DNA of 38,461 bases from Nemertoderma westbladi (taxonomy: Eukaryota; Animalia; Xenacoelomorpha), in NCBI GenBank assembly GCA_032718475.1, contig JAUCBJ010000016.1, positions 1 to 38,461 on the forward strand, in the 5' to 3' direction. The notes beneath the pieces are model-generated. The model did no database searches, had not been told where the DNA came from, and saw only the letters and a program-made list of their open reading frames with translations. The position numbers and the translations under genes are program-made. This document shows positions 1 to 13,800 of this stretch, one piece after another. The stretch's first letter is position 1. Each line of letters begins with the position of its first letter.

Positions 1-360
1 AGAAGACATCTTAATTTGGTGGGTTAAACTGCCAAAGGTCTGAAAGCGCGAACAATTACTGTAGTAATAATTTATATTAATTAATAAAAAATAATTATTG
101 AATTGCCAATTCAATAATTATTTTTTATTAATTAATATAAATTACAGTATAATAATACATTATTTAATAAATAATAATAATTAATATAAATAATAAATTA
201 ATAAAATAATTTAATAAATTATTATATGAATTATTTACATCTGTTCTTGCACTCGGTAAATTAAATGCCTCGAGAATAGTGAAAATAAGTTATACTTTTT
301 TCCCTATATAATAGGTGTAATTTTATTCTTAAAATGGTACTATTTTGTTGCTCAATTCTT

Positions 361-560
361 CAGATGGGGGGGGGGGGGGGGGGGGGGAACTGGACGCAAT
401 AAAAATTCATCCCCCTCCAGGGGAAATTTGACGCAAATAACAGCTGAATAAAATAACGTGCCACTGTAGCCTGCGCCTTTCCCTAAATTGAGAATTTAAC
501 ATTGAGGCGGGATATTAATTCGCCAAGATTGGATTTACGTCCAGTTTCCACCCCTGTCTC
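361..560. mobile_element. Small non-autonomous TIR element (MITE), hAT- or P-like by its 8-bp TSD
   Basis: CAATTCTT is directly repeated at 353-360 and 561-568. Imperfect inverted ends: CAGATGGGG..GGAACTGGACGCAA versus TTACGTCCAGTTTCCACCCCTGTCTC. A related segment lies on the opposite strand at about 22233-22290. Confidence 0.55.
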
Positions 561-663
561 CAATTCTTTAATAAAAGATACAGCGATATTATAGTGTTAC
601 AAAATAAATTGAAGTGCTAAAAAAACTGAATAGTTACTGCAATTCAAATTACTGCACTCTTCA

Positions 664-900
664 ACTCCTGATGCTACCTTCTCAATGTTAAATCATTTTT
701 AGTGTTCTTTAATAATTATTACGTAGCTAAAGAGCCGCTTAATTAACTTAATAAAAATTAACTGCTCAAATTACGTGCAAACCTTTGCTACGCCGATGCT
801 CTACCACATAAACCATGAAACCACATATTTATAAGAAATTCCACGAAAAATAGTTTAATTTACTTTTTTTGCAGGGGAAAAAAGTAAAATCAATGTGAAT
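664..900 (+). repeat. Dispersed repeat, copy 1 (related to about 33622-33928)
   Basis: Colinear shared blocks: CTCCTGA..GATGCT, TTTAGTGTTCT, AGAGCCGCTTAA, TGCTCAAATTAC.TGCAAACCTTT, CGATGCTCT, AAGAAATTCCAC, AAAAAAGTAAAAT. Confidence 0.65.
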
Positions 901-1078
901 CTTACGGGTTTCTTTTCTCCTGTGGGAAAAAAGTGAGACTTGTTCTCCCGATGTTAAAGACGGACGGCCGCCAGACGAAGACGCTGGAGGGAAGTTAATT
1001 CTCGATCTGATGTTCATACTCTAATCTATTATTTGGCGTATTATATTGGCTTATAATATATTTTAACGCACTCTATTA

Positions 1079-1872
1079 CACCATGTCCCAGAATAGTGTC
1101 ATAATTCAGTGACACCCCACCCCCCCCCCCCTAATTTTTCTACAAATCTTAATGAGATTGCATGAAATTTGAAACAGAGATAGTTTCACCTCCCGACCAC
1201 TGACTGGGCAAGCCAGAATTTTTATTTTTGCTTTCAATCTTTAGCTACAAGCATTTAAAAAAAGTGTCTCACGCGATATTACACCAGTTACACCGCAGTT
1301 ATTCTTCTACCTTATAGCTGTTTGTTGGTACCAATGGAAAGCTGGCCCTGCAAGGATTTCAAATATGTAACACAATTTGAATTTCGTTGAAAAATAGCTA
1401 AGATATGGGCGTTCAAAGGTTGCATGGTTATGCACCTGCGCGAGGCTATTTTATTCTATTATATTTTGTTTATCCAAATACGTAGCTGGGCAACAATGCA
1501 GTACATCTTTAATCATACTATTACGTAGCTATTCATACAATTCATACATTTAAAAAATGTTCCAGAATATTGTTTATTTATTAATAGAATAAAATAGCCT
1601 CGCGTCATTGCAAAACCATAACTGCACTATAAGGTAGAACAATAACTACGGTGTAACTGGTGAAATATTGCTGGAGACACTTTTTTAAACGCTTGTAGCT
1701 AAAGATTGAAAGCAAAAATAAAAATTCTGGCTCACCCAGTCAGTATCGGGAGGTGAAACTATCTCTGTTTCAAATTTCATGCAATCTAATTAAGATTTGT
1801 AGAAAAATTAGGGGGCGGGGGGGGGGGGGGGGCGTGTCACTGAATTACGACACTATATTCTGGGACATGGTG
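1079..1872. mobile_element. Palindromic MITE with long TIRs and TA flanks (Tc1/mariner-like), copy 1
   Basis: Begins TA|CACCATGTCCCAGAATAGTGTC and ends GACACTATATTCTGGGACATGGTG|TA. The arms pair over about 240 bp and, after a roughly 100-bp deletion in the right arm, continue to GCGAGGCTATTTTATTCTATT / AATAGAATAAAATAGCCTCGC. No ORF. Confidence 0.9.
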
Positions 1873-4800
1873 TATTATATTTGGTTTTTATTTTTATCTT
1901 AACGCAATCTATTATTTGGTGTATTATATTTGGTTTGTATTTTTATCTTAACGCAATCTATTATTTGGTGTATTATATTTGGTTTATATTTTTATCTTAA
2001 CGCAATCTATTATTTGGTGTATTATATTTGGTTTGTATTTTTATCTTAACGCAATCTATTACTTGGTGTATTATATTTGGTTTGTATTTTTATCTTAACG
2101 CAATCTATTACTTGGTGTATTATATTTGGTTTATATTTTTATCTTAACGCAATCCATTATTTGGCGTATTATAATTGGTTTATATTTTTATCTTAAAGCA
2201 ATCTATTATTTGGTGTATTATATTTGGTTTGTATTTTTATCTTAACGCAATCTATTATTTGGTGTATTATATTTGGTTTATATTTTTATCTTAACGCAAT
2301 CTATTATTTGGCGTATTATATTTGGTTTATATTTTTATCTTAACGCAATCTATTATTTGGTGTATTATATTTGGTTTGTATTTTTATCTTAACGCAATCT
2401 ATTATTTGGTGTATTATATTTGGTTTATATTTTTATCTTAACGCAATCTATTATTTGGCGTATTATATTTGGTTTATATTTTTATCTTAACGCAATCTAT
2501 TATTTGGCGTATTATATTTGGTTTATATTTTTATCTTAATGCAATCTATTATTTGGCGTATTATATTTGGTTTATATTTTTATCTTAACGCAATCTATTA
2601 TTTGGCGTATTATATTTGGTTTGTATTTTTATCTTAACGCAATCTATTATTTGGTGTATTATATTTGGTTTATATTTTTATCTTAACGCAATCTATTATT
2701 TGGCGTATTATATTTGGTTTATATTTTTATCTTAACGCAATCTATTATTTGGCGTATTATATTTGGTTTGTATTTTTATCTTAACGCAATCTATTATTTG
2801 GTGTATTATATTTGGTTTGTATTTTTATCTTAACGCAATCTATTATTTGGTGTATTATATTTGGTTTGTATTTTTATCTTAACGCAATCGATTATTTGGC
2901 GTATTATATTTGGTTTGTATTTTTATCTTAACGCAATCTATTATTTGGTGTATTATATTTGGTTTGTATTTTTATCTTAACGCAATCTATTATTTGGCGT
3001 ATTATATTTGGTTTATATTTTTATCTTAACGCAATCTATTATTTGGCGTATTATATTTGGTTTGTATTTTTATCTTAACGCAATCTATTATTTGGTGTAT
3101 TATATTTGGTTTGTATTTTTATCTTAACGCAATCTATTATTTGGTGTATTATATTTGGTTTGTATTTTTATCTTAACGCAATCGATTATTTGGTGTATTA
3201 TATTTGGTTTATATTTTTATCTTAACGCAATCTATTATTTGGTGTATTATATTTGGTTTGTATTTTTATCTTAACGCAATCGATTATTTGGTGTATTATA
3301 TTTGGTTTGTATTTTTATCTTAACACAATCTATTATTTGGCGTATTATATTTGGTTTGTATTTTTATCTTAACGCAATCTATTATTTGGTGTATTATATT
3401 TGGTTTGTATTTTTATCTTAACGCAATCTATTACTTGGTGTATTATATTTGGTTTATATTTTTATCTTAACGCAATCTATTATTTGGTGTATTATATTTG
3501 GTTTGTATTTTTATCTTAACGCAATCTATTATTTGGCGTATTATATTTGGTTTGTATTTTTATCTTAACGCAATCTATTATTTGGTGTATTATATTTGGT
3601 TTGTATTTTTATCTTAACGCAATCTATTACTTGGTGTATTATATTTGGTTTGTATTTTTATCTTAACGCAATCTATTATTTGGTGTATTATATTTGGTTT
3701 GTATTTTTATCTTAACGCAATCTATTATTTGGTGTATTATATTTGGTTTATATTTTTATCTTAACGCAATCTATTATTTGGTGTATTATATTTGGTTTGT
3801 ATTTTTATCTTAACGCAATCTATTATTTGGCGTATTATATTTGGTTTGTATTTTTATCTTAATGCAATCTATTATTTGGTGTATTATATTTGGTTTGTAT
3901 TTTTATCTTAACGCAATCTATTATTTGGTGTATTATATTTGGTTTGTATTTTTATCTTAACGCAATCTATTATTTGGTGTATTATATTTGGTTTATATTT
4001 TTATCTTAAAGCAATCTATTATTTGGTGTATTATATTTGGTTTATATTTTTATCTTAACACAATCTATTATTTGGTGTATTATATTTGGTTTGTATTTTT
4101 ATCTTAACGCAATCTATTATTTGGCGTATTATATTTGGTTTATATTTTTATCTTAACGCAATCTATTATTTGGTGTATTATATTTGGTTTGTATTTTTAT
4201 CTTAACGCAATCTATTATTTGGCGTATTATATTTGGTTTGTATTTTTATCTTAACGCAATCGATTATTTGGTGTATTATATTTGGTTTGTATTTTTATCT
4301 TAACGCAATCTATTATTTGGCGTATTATATTTGGTTTGTATTTTTATCTTAACGCAATTGATTATTTGGTGTATTATATTTGGTTTGTATTTTTATCTTA
4401 ACGCAATCTATTATTTGGCGTATTATATTTGGTTTGTATTTTTATCTTAACGCAATCTATTATTTGGCGTATTATATTTGGTTTGTATTTTTATCTTAAC
4501 GCAATCGATTATTTGGTGTATTATATTTGGTTTATATTTTTATCTTAACGCAATCTATTATTTGGTGTATTATATTTGGTTTGTATTTTTATCTTAACGC
4601 AATCGATTATTTGGTGTATTATATTTGGTTTGTATTTTTATCGTAACGCAATCTATTATTTGGCGTATTATATTTGGTTTATATTTTTATCTTAACACAA
4701 TCTATTATTTGGTGTATTATATTTGGTTTGTATTTTTATCTTAACGCAATCTATTATTTGGCGTATTATATTTGGTTTGTATTTTTATCTTAACGCAATC

Positions 4801-7800
4801 TATTATTTGGTGTATTATATTTGGTTTGTATTTTTATCTTAACGCAATCTATTATTTGGTGTATTATATTTGGTTTGTATTTTTATCTTAACGCAATCTA
4901 TTATTTGGCGTATTATATTTGGTTTGTATTTTTATCTTAACGCAATCTATTATTTGGCGTATTATATTTGGTTTGTATTTTTATCTTAACGCAATCTATT
5001 ATTTGGCGTATTATATTTGGTTTATATTTTTATCTTAACGCAATCTATTATTTGGTGTATTATATTTGGTTTGTATTTTTATCTTAACGCAATCTATTAT
5101 TTGGCGTATTATATTTGGTTTGTATTTTTATCTTAACGCAATCTATTATTTGGTGTATTATATTTGGTTTGTATTTTTATCTTAACGCAATCTATTATTT
5201 GGTGTATTATATTTGGTTTGTATTTTTATCTTAACGCAATCTATTATTTGGCGTATTATATTTGGTTTGTATTTTTATCTTAACGCAATCTATTATTTGG
5301 CGTATTATATTTGGTTTGTATTTTTATCTTAACGCAATCTATTATTTGGTGTATTATATTTGGTTTGTATTTTTATCTTAACGCAATCTATTATTTGGTG
5401 TATTATATTTGGCTTGTATTTTTATCTTAACGCAATCTATTATTTGGTGTATTATATTTGGTTTATATTTTTATCTTAACGCAATCTATTATTTTGTGTA
5501 TTATATTTGGTTTGTATTTTTATCTTAACGCAATCTATTATTTGGTGTATTATATTTGGTTTATATTTTTATCTTAACGCGATCTATTATTTGGCGTATT
5601 ATATTTGGTTTGTATTTTTATCTTAACGCAATCTATTATTTGGCGTATTATATTTGGTTTGTATTTTTATCTTAACGCAATCGATTATTTGGTGTATTAT
5701 ATTTGGTTTATATTTTTATCTTAACGCAATCTATTATTTGGTGTATTATATTTGGTTTGTATTTTTATCTTAACGCAATCGATTATTTGGTGTATTATAT
5801 TTGGTTTATATTTTTATCTTAACGCAATCTATTATTTGGCGTATTATATTTGGTTTGTATTTTTATCTTAACGCAATAGATTATTTGGTGTATTATATTT
5901 GGTTTGTATTTTTATCTTAACGCAATCTATTATTTGGCGTATTATATTTGGTTTATATTTTTATCTTAACGCAATCTATTATTTGGTGTATTATATTTGG
6001 TTTGTATTTTTATCTTAACGCAATCTATTATTTGGCGTATTATATTTGGTTTGTATTTTTATCTTAACGCAATCTATTATTTGGTGTATTATATTTGGTT
6101 TGTATTTTTATCTTAACGCAATCTATTATTTGGCGTATTATATTTGGTTTGTATTTTTATCTTAACGCAATCTATTATTTGGCGTATTATATTTGGTTTA
6201 TATTTTTATCTTAACGCAATCTATTATTTGGTGTATTATATTTGGTTTGTATTTTTATATTAACGCAATCTATTATTTGGCGTATTATATTTGGTTTGTA
6301 TTTTTATCTTAACGCAATCTATTATTTGGTGTATTATATTTGGTTTGTATTTTTATCTTAACGCAATCTATTATTTGGTGTATTATATTTGGTTTGTATT
6401 TTTATCTTAACGCAATCTATTATTTGGCGTATTATATTTGGTTTATATTTTTATCTTAACGCAATCTATTATTTGGTGTATTATATTTGGTTTGTATTTT
6501 TATCTTAACGCAATCTATTATTTGGTGTATTATATTAGGTTTGTATTTTTAATCTTAACACAATCTATTACTTGGTGTATTATATTTGGTTTGTATTTTT
6601 ATCTTAACGCAATCTATTATTTGGGTATTATATTTGGTTTATATTTTTATCTTAACGCAATCTATTATTTGGTGTATTATATTTGGTTTGTATTTTTATC
6701 TTAACGCAATCTATTATTTGGCGTATTATATTTGGTTTGTATTTTTATCTTAACGCAATCTATTATTTGGTGTATTATATTTGGTTTGTATTTTTATCTT
6801 AACGCAATCTATTATTTGGTGTATTATATTTGGTTTATATTTTTATCTTAACGCAATCTATTATTTGGTGTATTATATTTGGTTTGTATTTTTATCTTAA
6901 CGCAATCTATTATTTGGTGTATTATATTTGGTTTGTATTTTTATCTTAACGCAATCTATTATTTGGGTATTATATTTGGTTTATATTTTTATCTTAACGC
7001 AATCTATTATTTGGTGTATTATATTTGGTTTGTATTTTTATCTTAACGCAATCTATTATTTGGTGTATTATATTTGGTTTATATTTTTATCTTAACGCAA
7101 TCTATTATTTGGTGTATTATATTTGGTTTATATTTTTATCTTAACGCAATCTATTATTTGGTGTATTATATTTGGTTTGTATTTTTATCTTAAAGCAATC
7201 TATTATTTGGTGTATTATATTTGGTTTATATTTTTAGCTTAACGCAATCTATTATTTGGTGTATTATATTTGGTTTGTATTTTTATCTTAACGCAATCTA
7301 TTATTTGGCGTATTATATTTGGTTTGTATTTTTATCTTAACGCAATCTATTACTTGGTGTATTATATTTGGTTTATATTTTTATCTTAACGCAATCTATT
7401 ATTTGGTGTATTATATTTGGTTTGTATTTTTATCTTAACGCAATCTATTATTTGGTGTATTATATTTGGTTTGTATTTTTATCTTAACGCAATCTATTAT
7501 TTGGTGTATTATATTTGGTTTGTATTTTTAATCTTAACACAATCTATTACTTGGTGTATTATATTTGGTTTGTATTTTTATCTTAACGCAATCTATTATT
7601 TGGGTATTATATTTGGTTTATATTTTTATCTTAACGCAATCTATTATTTGGTGTATTATATTTGGTTTGTATTTTTATCTTAACGCAATCTATTATTTGG
7701 TGTATTATATTTGGTTTATATTTTTATCTTAACGCAATCTATTATTTGGTGTATTATATTTGGTTTATATTTTTATCTTAACGCAATCTATTATTTGGTG

Positions 7801-10800
7801 TATTATATTTGGTTTGTATTTTTATCTTAAAGCAATCTATTATTTGGTGTATTATATTTGGTTTATATTTTTATCTTAATGCAATCTATTATTTGGTGTA
7901 TTATATTTGGTTTGTATTTTTATCTTAACGCAATCTATTATTTGGCGTATTATATTTGGTTTGTATTTTTATCTTAACGCAATCTATTACTTGGTGTATT
8001 ATATTTGGTTTATATTTTTATCTTAACGCAATCTATTATTTGGTGTATTATATTTGGTTTGTATTTTTATCTTAACGCAATCTATTATTTGGTGTATTAT
8101 ATTTGGTTTATATTTTTATCTTAACGCAATCTATTATTTGGTGTATTATATTTGCTTTATATTTTTATCTTAACGCAATCTATTATTTGGTGTATTATAT
8201 TTGGTTTGTATTTTTATCTTAACGCAATCGATTATTTGGTGTATTATATTTGGTTTGTATTTTTCTCTTAACGCAATCTATTACTTGGTGTATTATATTT
8301 GGTTTGTATTTTTATCTTAACGCAATCTATTACTTGGTGTATTATATTTGGTTTATATTTTTATCTTAACGCAATCTATTATTTGGTGTATTATATTTGG
8401 TTTGTATTTTTATCTTAACGCAATCTATTATTTGGTGTATTATATTTGGTTTGTATTTTTATCTTAACGCAATCTATTACTTGGTGTATTATATTTGGTT
8501 TGTATTTTTATCTTAACGCAATCTATTATTTGGCGTATTATATTTGGTTTGTATTTTTATCTTAACGCAATCTATTACTTGGTGTATTATATTTGGTTTA
8601 TATTTTTATCTTAACCAATCTATTATTTGGTGTATTATATTTGGTTTGTATTTTTATCTTAACGCAATCTATTACTTGGTGTATTATATTTGGTTTATAT
8701 TTTTATCTTAACGCAATCTATTATTTGGTGTATTATATTTGGTTTGTATTTTTATCTTAACGCAATCTATTATTTGGTGTATTATATTTGGTTTGTATTT
8801 TTATCTTAACGCAATCTATTACTTGGTGTATTATATTTGGTTTGTATTTTTATCTTAACGCAATCTATTATTTGGCGTATTATATTTGGTTTGTATTTTT
8901 ATCTTAACGCAATCTATTATTTGGTGTATTATATTTGGTTTGTATTTTTATCTTAACGCAATCTATTACTTGGTGTATTATATTTGGTTTATATTTTTAT
9001 CTTAACGCAATCTATTATTTGGTGTATTATATTTGGTTTATATTTTTATCTTAACGCAATCTATTATTTGGTGTATTATATTTGGTTTGTATTTTTATCT
9101 TAACGCAATCTATTATTTGGTGTATTATATTTGGTTTATATTTTTATCTTAACGCAATCTATTACTTGGTGTATTATATTTGGTTTGTATTTTTATCTTA
9201 ACACAATCTATTACTTGGTGTATTATATTTGGTTTGTATTTTTATCTTAACACAATCTATTACTTGGTGTATTATATTTGGTTTGTATTTTTATCTTAAC
9301 GCAATCTATTATTTGGCGTATTATATTTGGTTTGTATTTTTATCTTAACGCAATCTATTACTTGGTGTATTATATTTGGTTTGTATTTTTATCTTAACGC
9401 AATCTATTATTTGGCGTATTATATTTGGTTTGTATTTTTATCTTAACGCAATCTATTATTTGGTGTATTATATTTGGTTTATATTTTTATCTTAACGCAA
9501 TCTATTATTTGGTGTATTATATTTGGTTTGTATTTTTATCTTAACGCAATCTATTATTTGGCGTATTATATTTGGTTTGTATTTTTATCTTAACGCAATC
9601 TATTATTTGGCGTATTATATTTGGTTTGTATTTTTATCTTAACGCAATCTATTACTTGGTGTATTATATTTGGTTTATATTTTTATCTTAACGCAATCTA
9701 TTACTTGGTGTATTATATTTGGTTTGTATTTTTATCTTAACGCAATCTATTATTTGGCGTATTATATTTGGTTTATATTTTTATCTTAACGCAATCTATT
9801 ATTTGGTGTATTATATTTGGTTTGTATTTTTATCTTAACGCAATCTATTATTTGGTGTATTATATTTGGTTTGTATTTTTATCTTAACGCAATCTATTAC
9901 TTGGTGTATTATATTTGGTTTGTATTTTTATCTTAACGCAATCTATTATTTGGCGTATTATATTTGGTTTGTATTTTTATCTTAACGCAATCTATTACTT
10001 GGTGTATTATATTTGGTTTGTATTTTTATCTTAACGCAATCTATTACTTGGTGTATTATATTTGGTTTGTATTTTTATCTTAACGCAATCTATTACTTGG
10101 TGTATTATATTTGGTTTATATTTTTATCTTAACGCAATCTATTATTTGGTGTATTATATTTGGTTTGTATTTTTATCTTAACGCAGTCTATTATTTGGTG
10201 TATTATATTTGGTTTGTATTTTTATCTTAACGCAATCTATTATTTGGTGTATTATATTTGGTTTATATTTTTATCTTAACGCAATCTATTATTTGGTGTA
10301 TTATATTTGGTTTGTATTTTTATCTTAATGCAATCTATTACTTGGTGTATTATATTTGGTTTATATTTTTATCTTAACGCAATCTATTATTTGGTGTATT
10401 ATATTTGGTTTGTATTTTTATCTTAATGCAATCTATTACTTGGTGTATTATATTTGGTTTATATTTTTATCTTAACGCAATCTATTATTTGGCGTATTAT
10501 ATTTGGTTTATATTTTTATCTTAACGCAATCTATTATTTGGTGTATTATATTTGGTTTGTATTTTTATCTTAATGCAATCTATTACTTGGTGTATTATAT
10601 TTGGTTTATATTTTTATCTTAACGCAATCTATTATTTGGTGTATTATATTTGGTTTATATTTTTATCTTAACGCAATCTATTATTTGGTGTATTATATTT
10701 GGTTTGTATTTTTATCTTAACGCAATCTATTACTTGGTGTATTATATTTGGTTTGTATTTTTATCTTAATGCAATCTATTACTTGGTGTATTATATTTGG

Positions 10801-13800
10801 TTTATATTTTTATCTTAACGCAATCTATTATTTGGTGTATTATATTTGGTTTATATTTTTATCTTAACGCAATCTATTATTTGGTGTATTATATTTGGTT
10901 TATATTTTTATCTTAACGCAATCTATTATTTGGCGTATTATATTTGGTTTATATTTTTATCTTAACGCAATCTATTATTTGGTGTATTATATTTGGTTTG
11001 TATTTTTATCTTAACGCAATCTATTACTTGGTGTATTATATTTGGTTTGTATTTTTATCTTAATGCAATCTATTACTTGGTGTATTATATTTGGTTTATA
11101 TTTTTATCTTAATGCAATCTATTACTTGGTGTATTATATTTGGTTTATATTTTTATCTTAACGCAATCTATTATTTGGTGTATTATATTTGGTTTATATT
11201 TTTATCTTAACGCAATCTATTATTTGGTGTATTATATTTGGTTTGTATTTTTATCTTAACGCAATCTATTATTTGGTGTATTATATTTGGTTTATATTTT
11301 TATCTTAACGCAATCTATTATTTGGTGTATTATATTTGGTTTGTATTTTTATCTTAACGCAATCTATTATTTGGTGTATTATATTTGGTTTGTATTTTTA
11401 TCTTAACGCAATCTATTATTTGGTGTATTATATTTGGTTTGTATTTTTATCTTAACGCAATCTATTATTTGGTGTATTATATTTGGTTTGTATTTTTATC
11501 TTAACGCAATCTATTATTTGGTGTATTATATTTGGTTTGTATTTTTATCTTAACGCAATCTATTATTTGGTGTATTATATTTGGTTTGTATTTTTATCTT
11601 AACGCAATCTATTATTTGGTGTATTATATTTGGTTTGTATTTTTATCTTAACGCAATCTATTATTTGGTGTATTATATTTGGTTTGTATTTTTATCTTAA
11701 CGCAATCTATTATTTGGTGTATTATATTTGGTTTGTATTTTTATCTTAACACAATCTATTATTTGGTGTATTATATTTGGTTTATATTTTTATCTTAACG
11801 CAATCTATTACTTGGTGTATTATATTTGGTTTGTATTTTTATCTTAACGCAATCTATTATTTGGTGTATTATATTTGGTTTGTATTTTTATCTTAACGCA
11901 ATCTATTATTTGGTGTATTATATTTGGTTTGTATTTTTATCTTAACGCAATCTATTACTTGGTGTATTATATTTGGTTTATATTGTTATCTTAACGCAAT
12001 CTATTATTTGGTGTATTATATTTGGTTTATATTTTTATCTTAACGCAATCTATTATTTGGTGTATTATATTTGGTTTGTATTTTTATCTTAACGCAATCT
12101 ATTACTTGGTGTATTATATTTGGTTTATATTTTTATCTTAACGCAATCTATTACTTGGTGTATTATATTTGGTTTATATTTTTATCTTAACGCAATCTAT
12201 TATTTGGTGTATTATATTTGGTTTGTATTTTTATCTTAACGCAATCTATTACTTGGTGTATTATATTTGGTTTGTATTTTTATCTTAACGCAATCTATTA
12301 TTTGGTGTATTATATTTGGTTTGTATTTTTATCTTAACGCAATCTATTATTTGGTGTATTATATTTGGTTTGTATTTTTATCTTAACGCAATCTATTACT
12401 TGGTGTATTATATTTGGTTTGTATTTTTATCTTAACGCAATCTATTACTTGGTGTATTATATTTGGTTTATATTTTTATCTTAACGCAATCTATTATTTG
12501 GTGTATTATATTTGGTTTGTATTTTTATCTTAACACAATCTATTATTTGGTGTATTATATTTGGTTTATATTTTTATCTTAACGCAATCTATTATTTGGT
12601 GTATTATATTTGGTTTATATTTTTATCTTAACGCAATCTATTATTTGGTGTATTATATTTGGTTTATATTTTTATCTTAACGCAATCTATTATTTGGTGT
12701 ATTATATTTGGTTTATATTTTAATCTTAACGCAATCTATTATTTGGTGTATTATATTTGGTTTGTATTTTTATCTTAACGCAATCTATTATTTGGTGTAT
12801 TATATTTGGTTTGTATTTTTATCTTAACGCAATCTATTACTTGGTGTATTATATTTGGTTTGTATTTTTATCTTAACGCAATCTATTATTTGGCGTATTA
12901 TATTTGGTTTGTATTTTTATCTTAACGCAATCTATTATTTGGTGTATTATATTTGGTTTATATTTTTATCTTAACGCAATCTATTATTTGGTGTATTATA
13001 TTTGGTTTATATTTTTATCTTAACGCAATCTATTATTTGGTGTATTATATTTGGTTTGTATTTTTATCTTAACGCAATCTATTATTTGGTGTATTATATT
13101 CGGTTTGTATTTTTATCTTAACGCAATCTATTATTTGGTGTATTATATTTGGTTTATATTTTTATCTTAACGCAATCTATTATTTGGTGTATTATATTTG
13201 GTTTGTATTTTTATCTTAACGCAATCTATTACTTGGTGTATTATATTTGGTTTATATTTTTATCTTAACACAATCTATTACTTGGTGTATTATATTTGGT
13301 TTGTATTTTTATCTTAACGCAATCTATTATTTGGTGTATTATATTTGGTTTGTATTTTTATCTTAACGCAATCTATTATTTGGCGTATTATATTTGGTTT
13401 GTATTTTTATCTTAACGCAATCTATTATTTGGCGTATTATATTTGGTTTATATTTTTATCTTAACGCAATCTATTATTTGGTGTATTATATTTGGTTTGT
13501 ATTTTTATCTTAACGCAATCTATTACTTGGTGTATTATATTTGGTTTGTATTTTTATCTTAACGCAATCTATTATTTGGTGTATTATATTTGGTTTGTAT
13601 TTTTATCTTAACGCAATCTATTATTTGGTGTATTATATTTGGTTTGTATTTTTATCTTAACGCAATCTATTACTTGGTGTATTATATTTGGTTTGTATTT
13701 TTATCTTAACGCAATCTATTACTTGGTGTATTATATTTGGTTTATATTTTTATCTTAACGCAATCTATTATTTGGTGTATTATATTTGGTTTGTATTTTT

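Noticed and set aside
61-240. Extremely AT-rich stretch as an origin or regulatory element
   Set aside because: Low-complexity A/T sequence with no definable motif. A similar tract occurs at 19793-19880.
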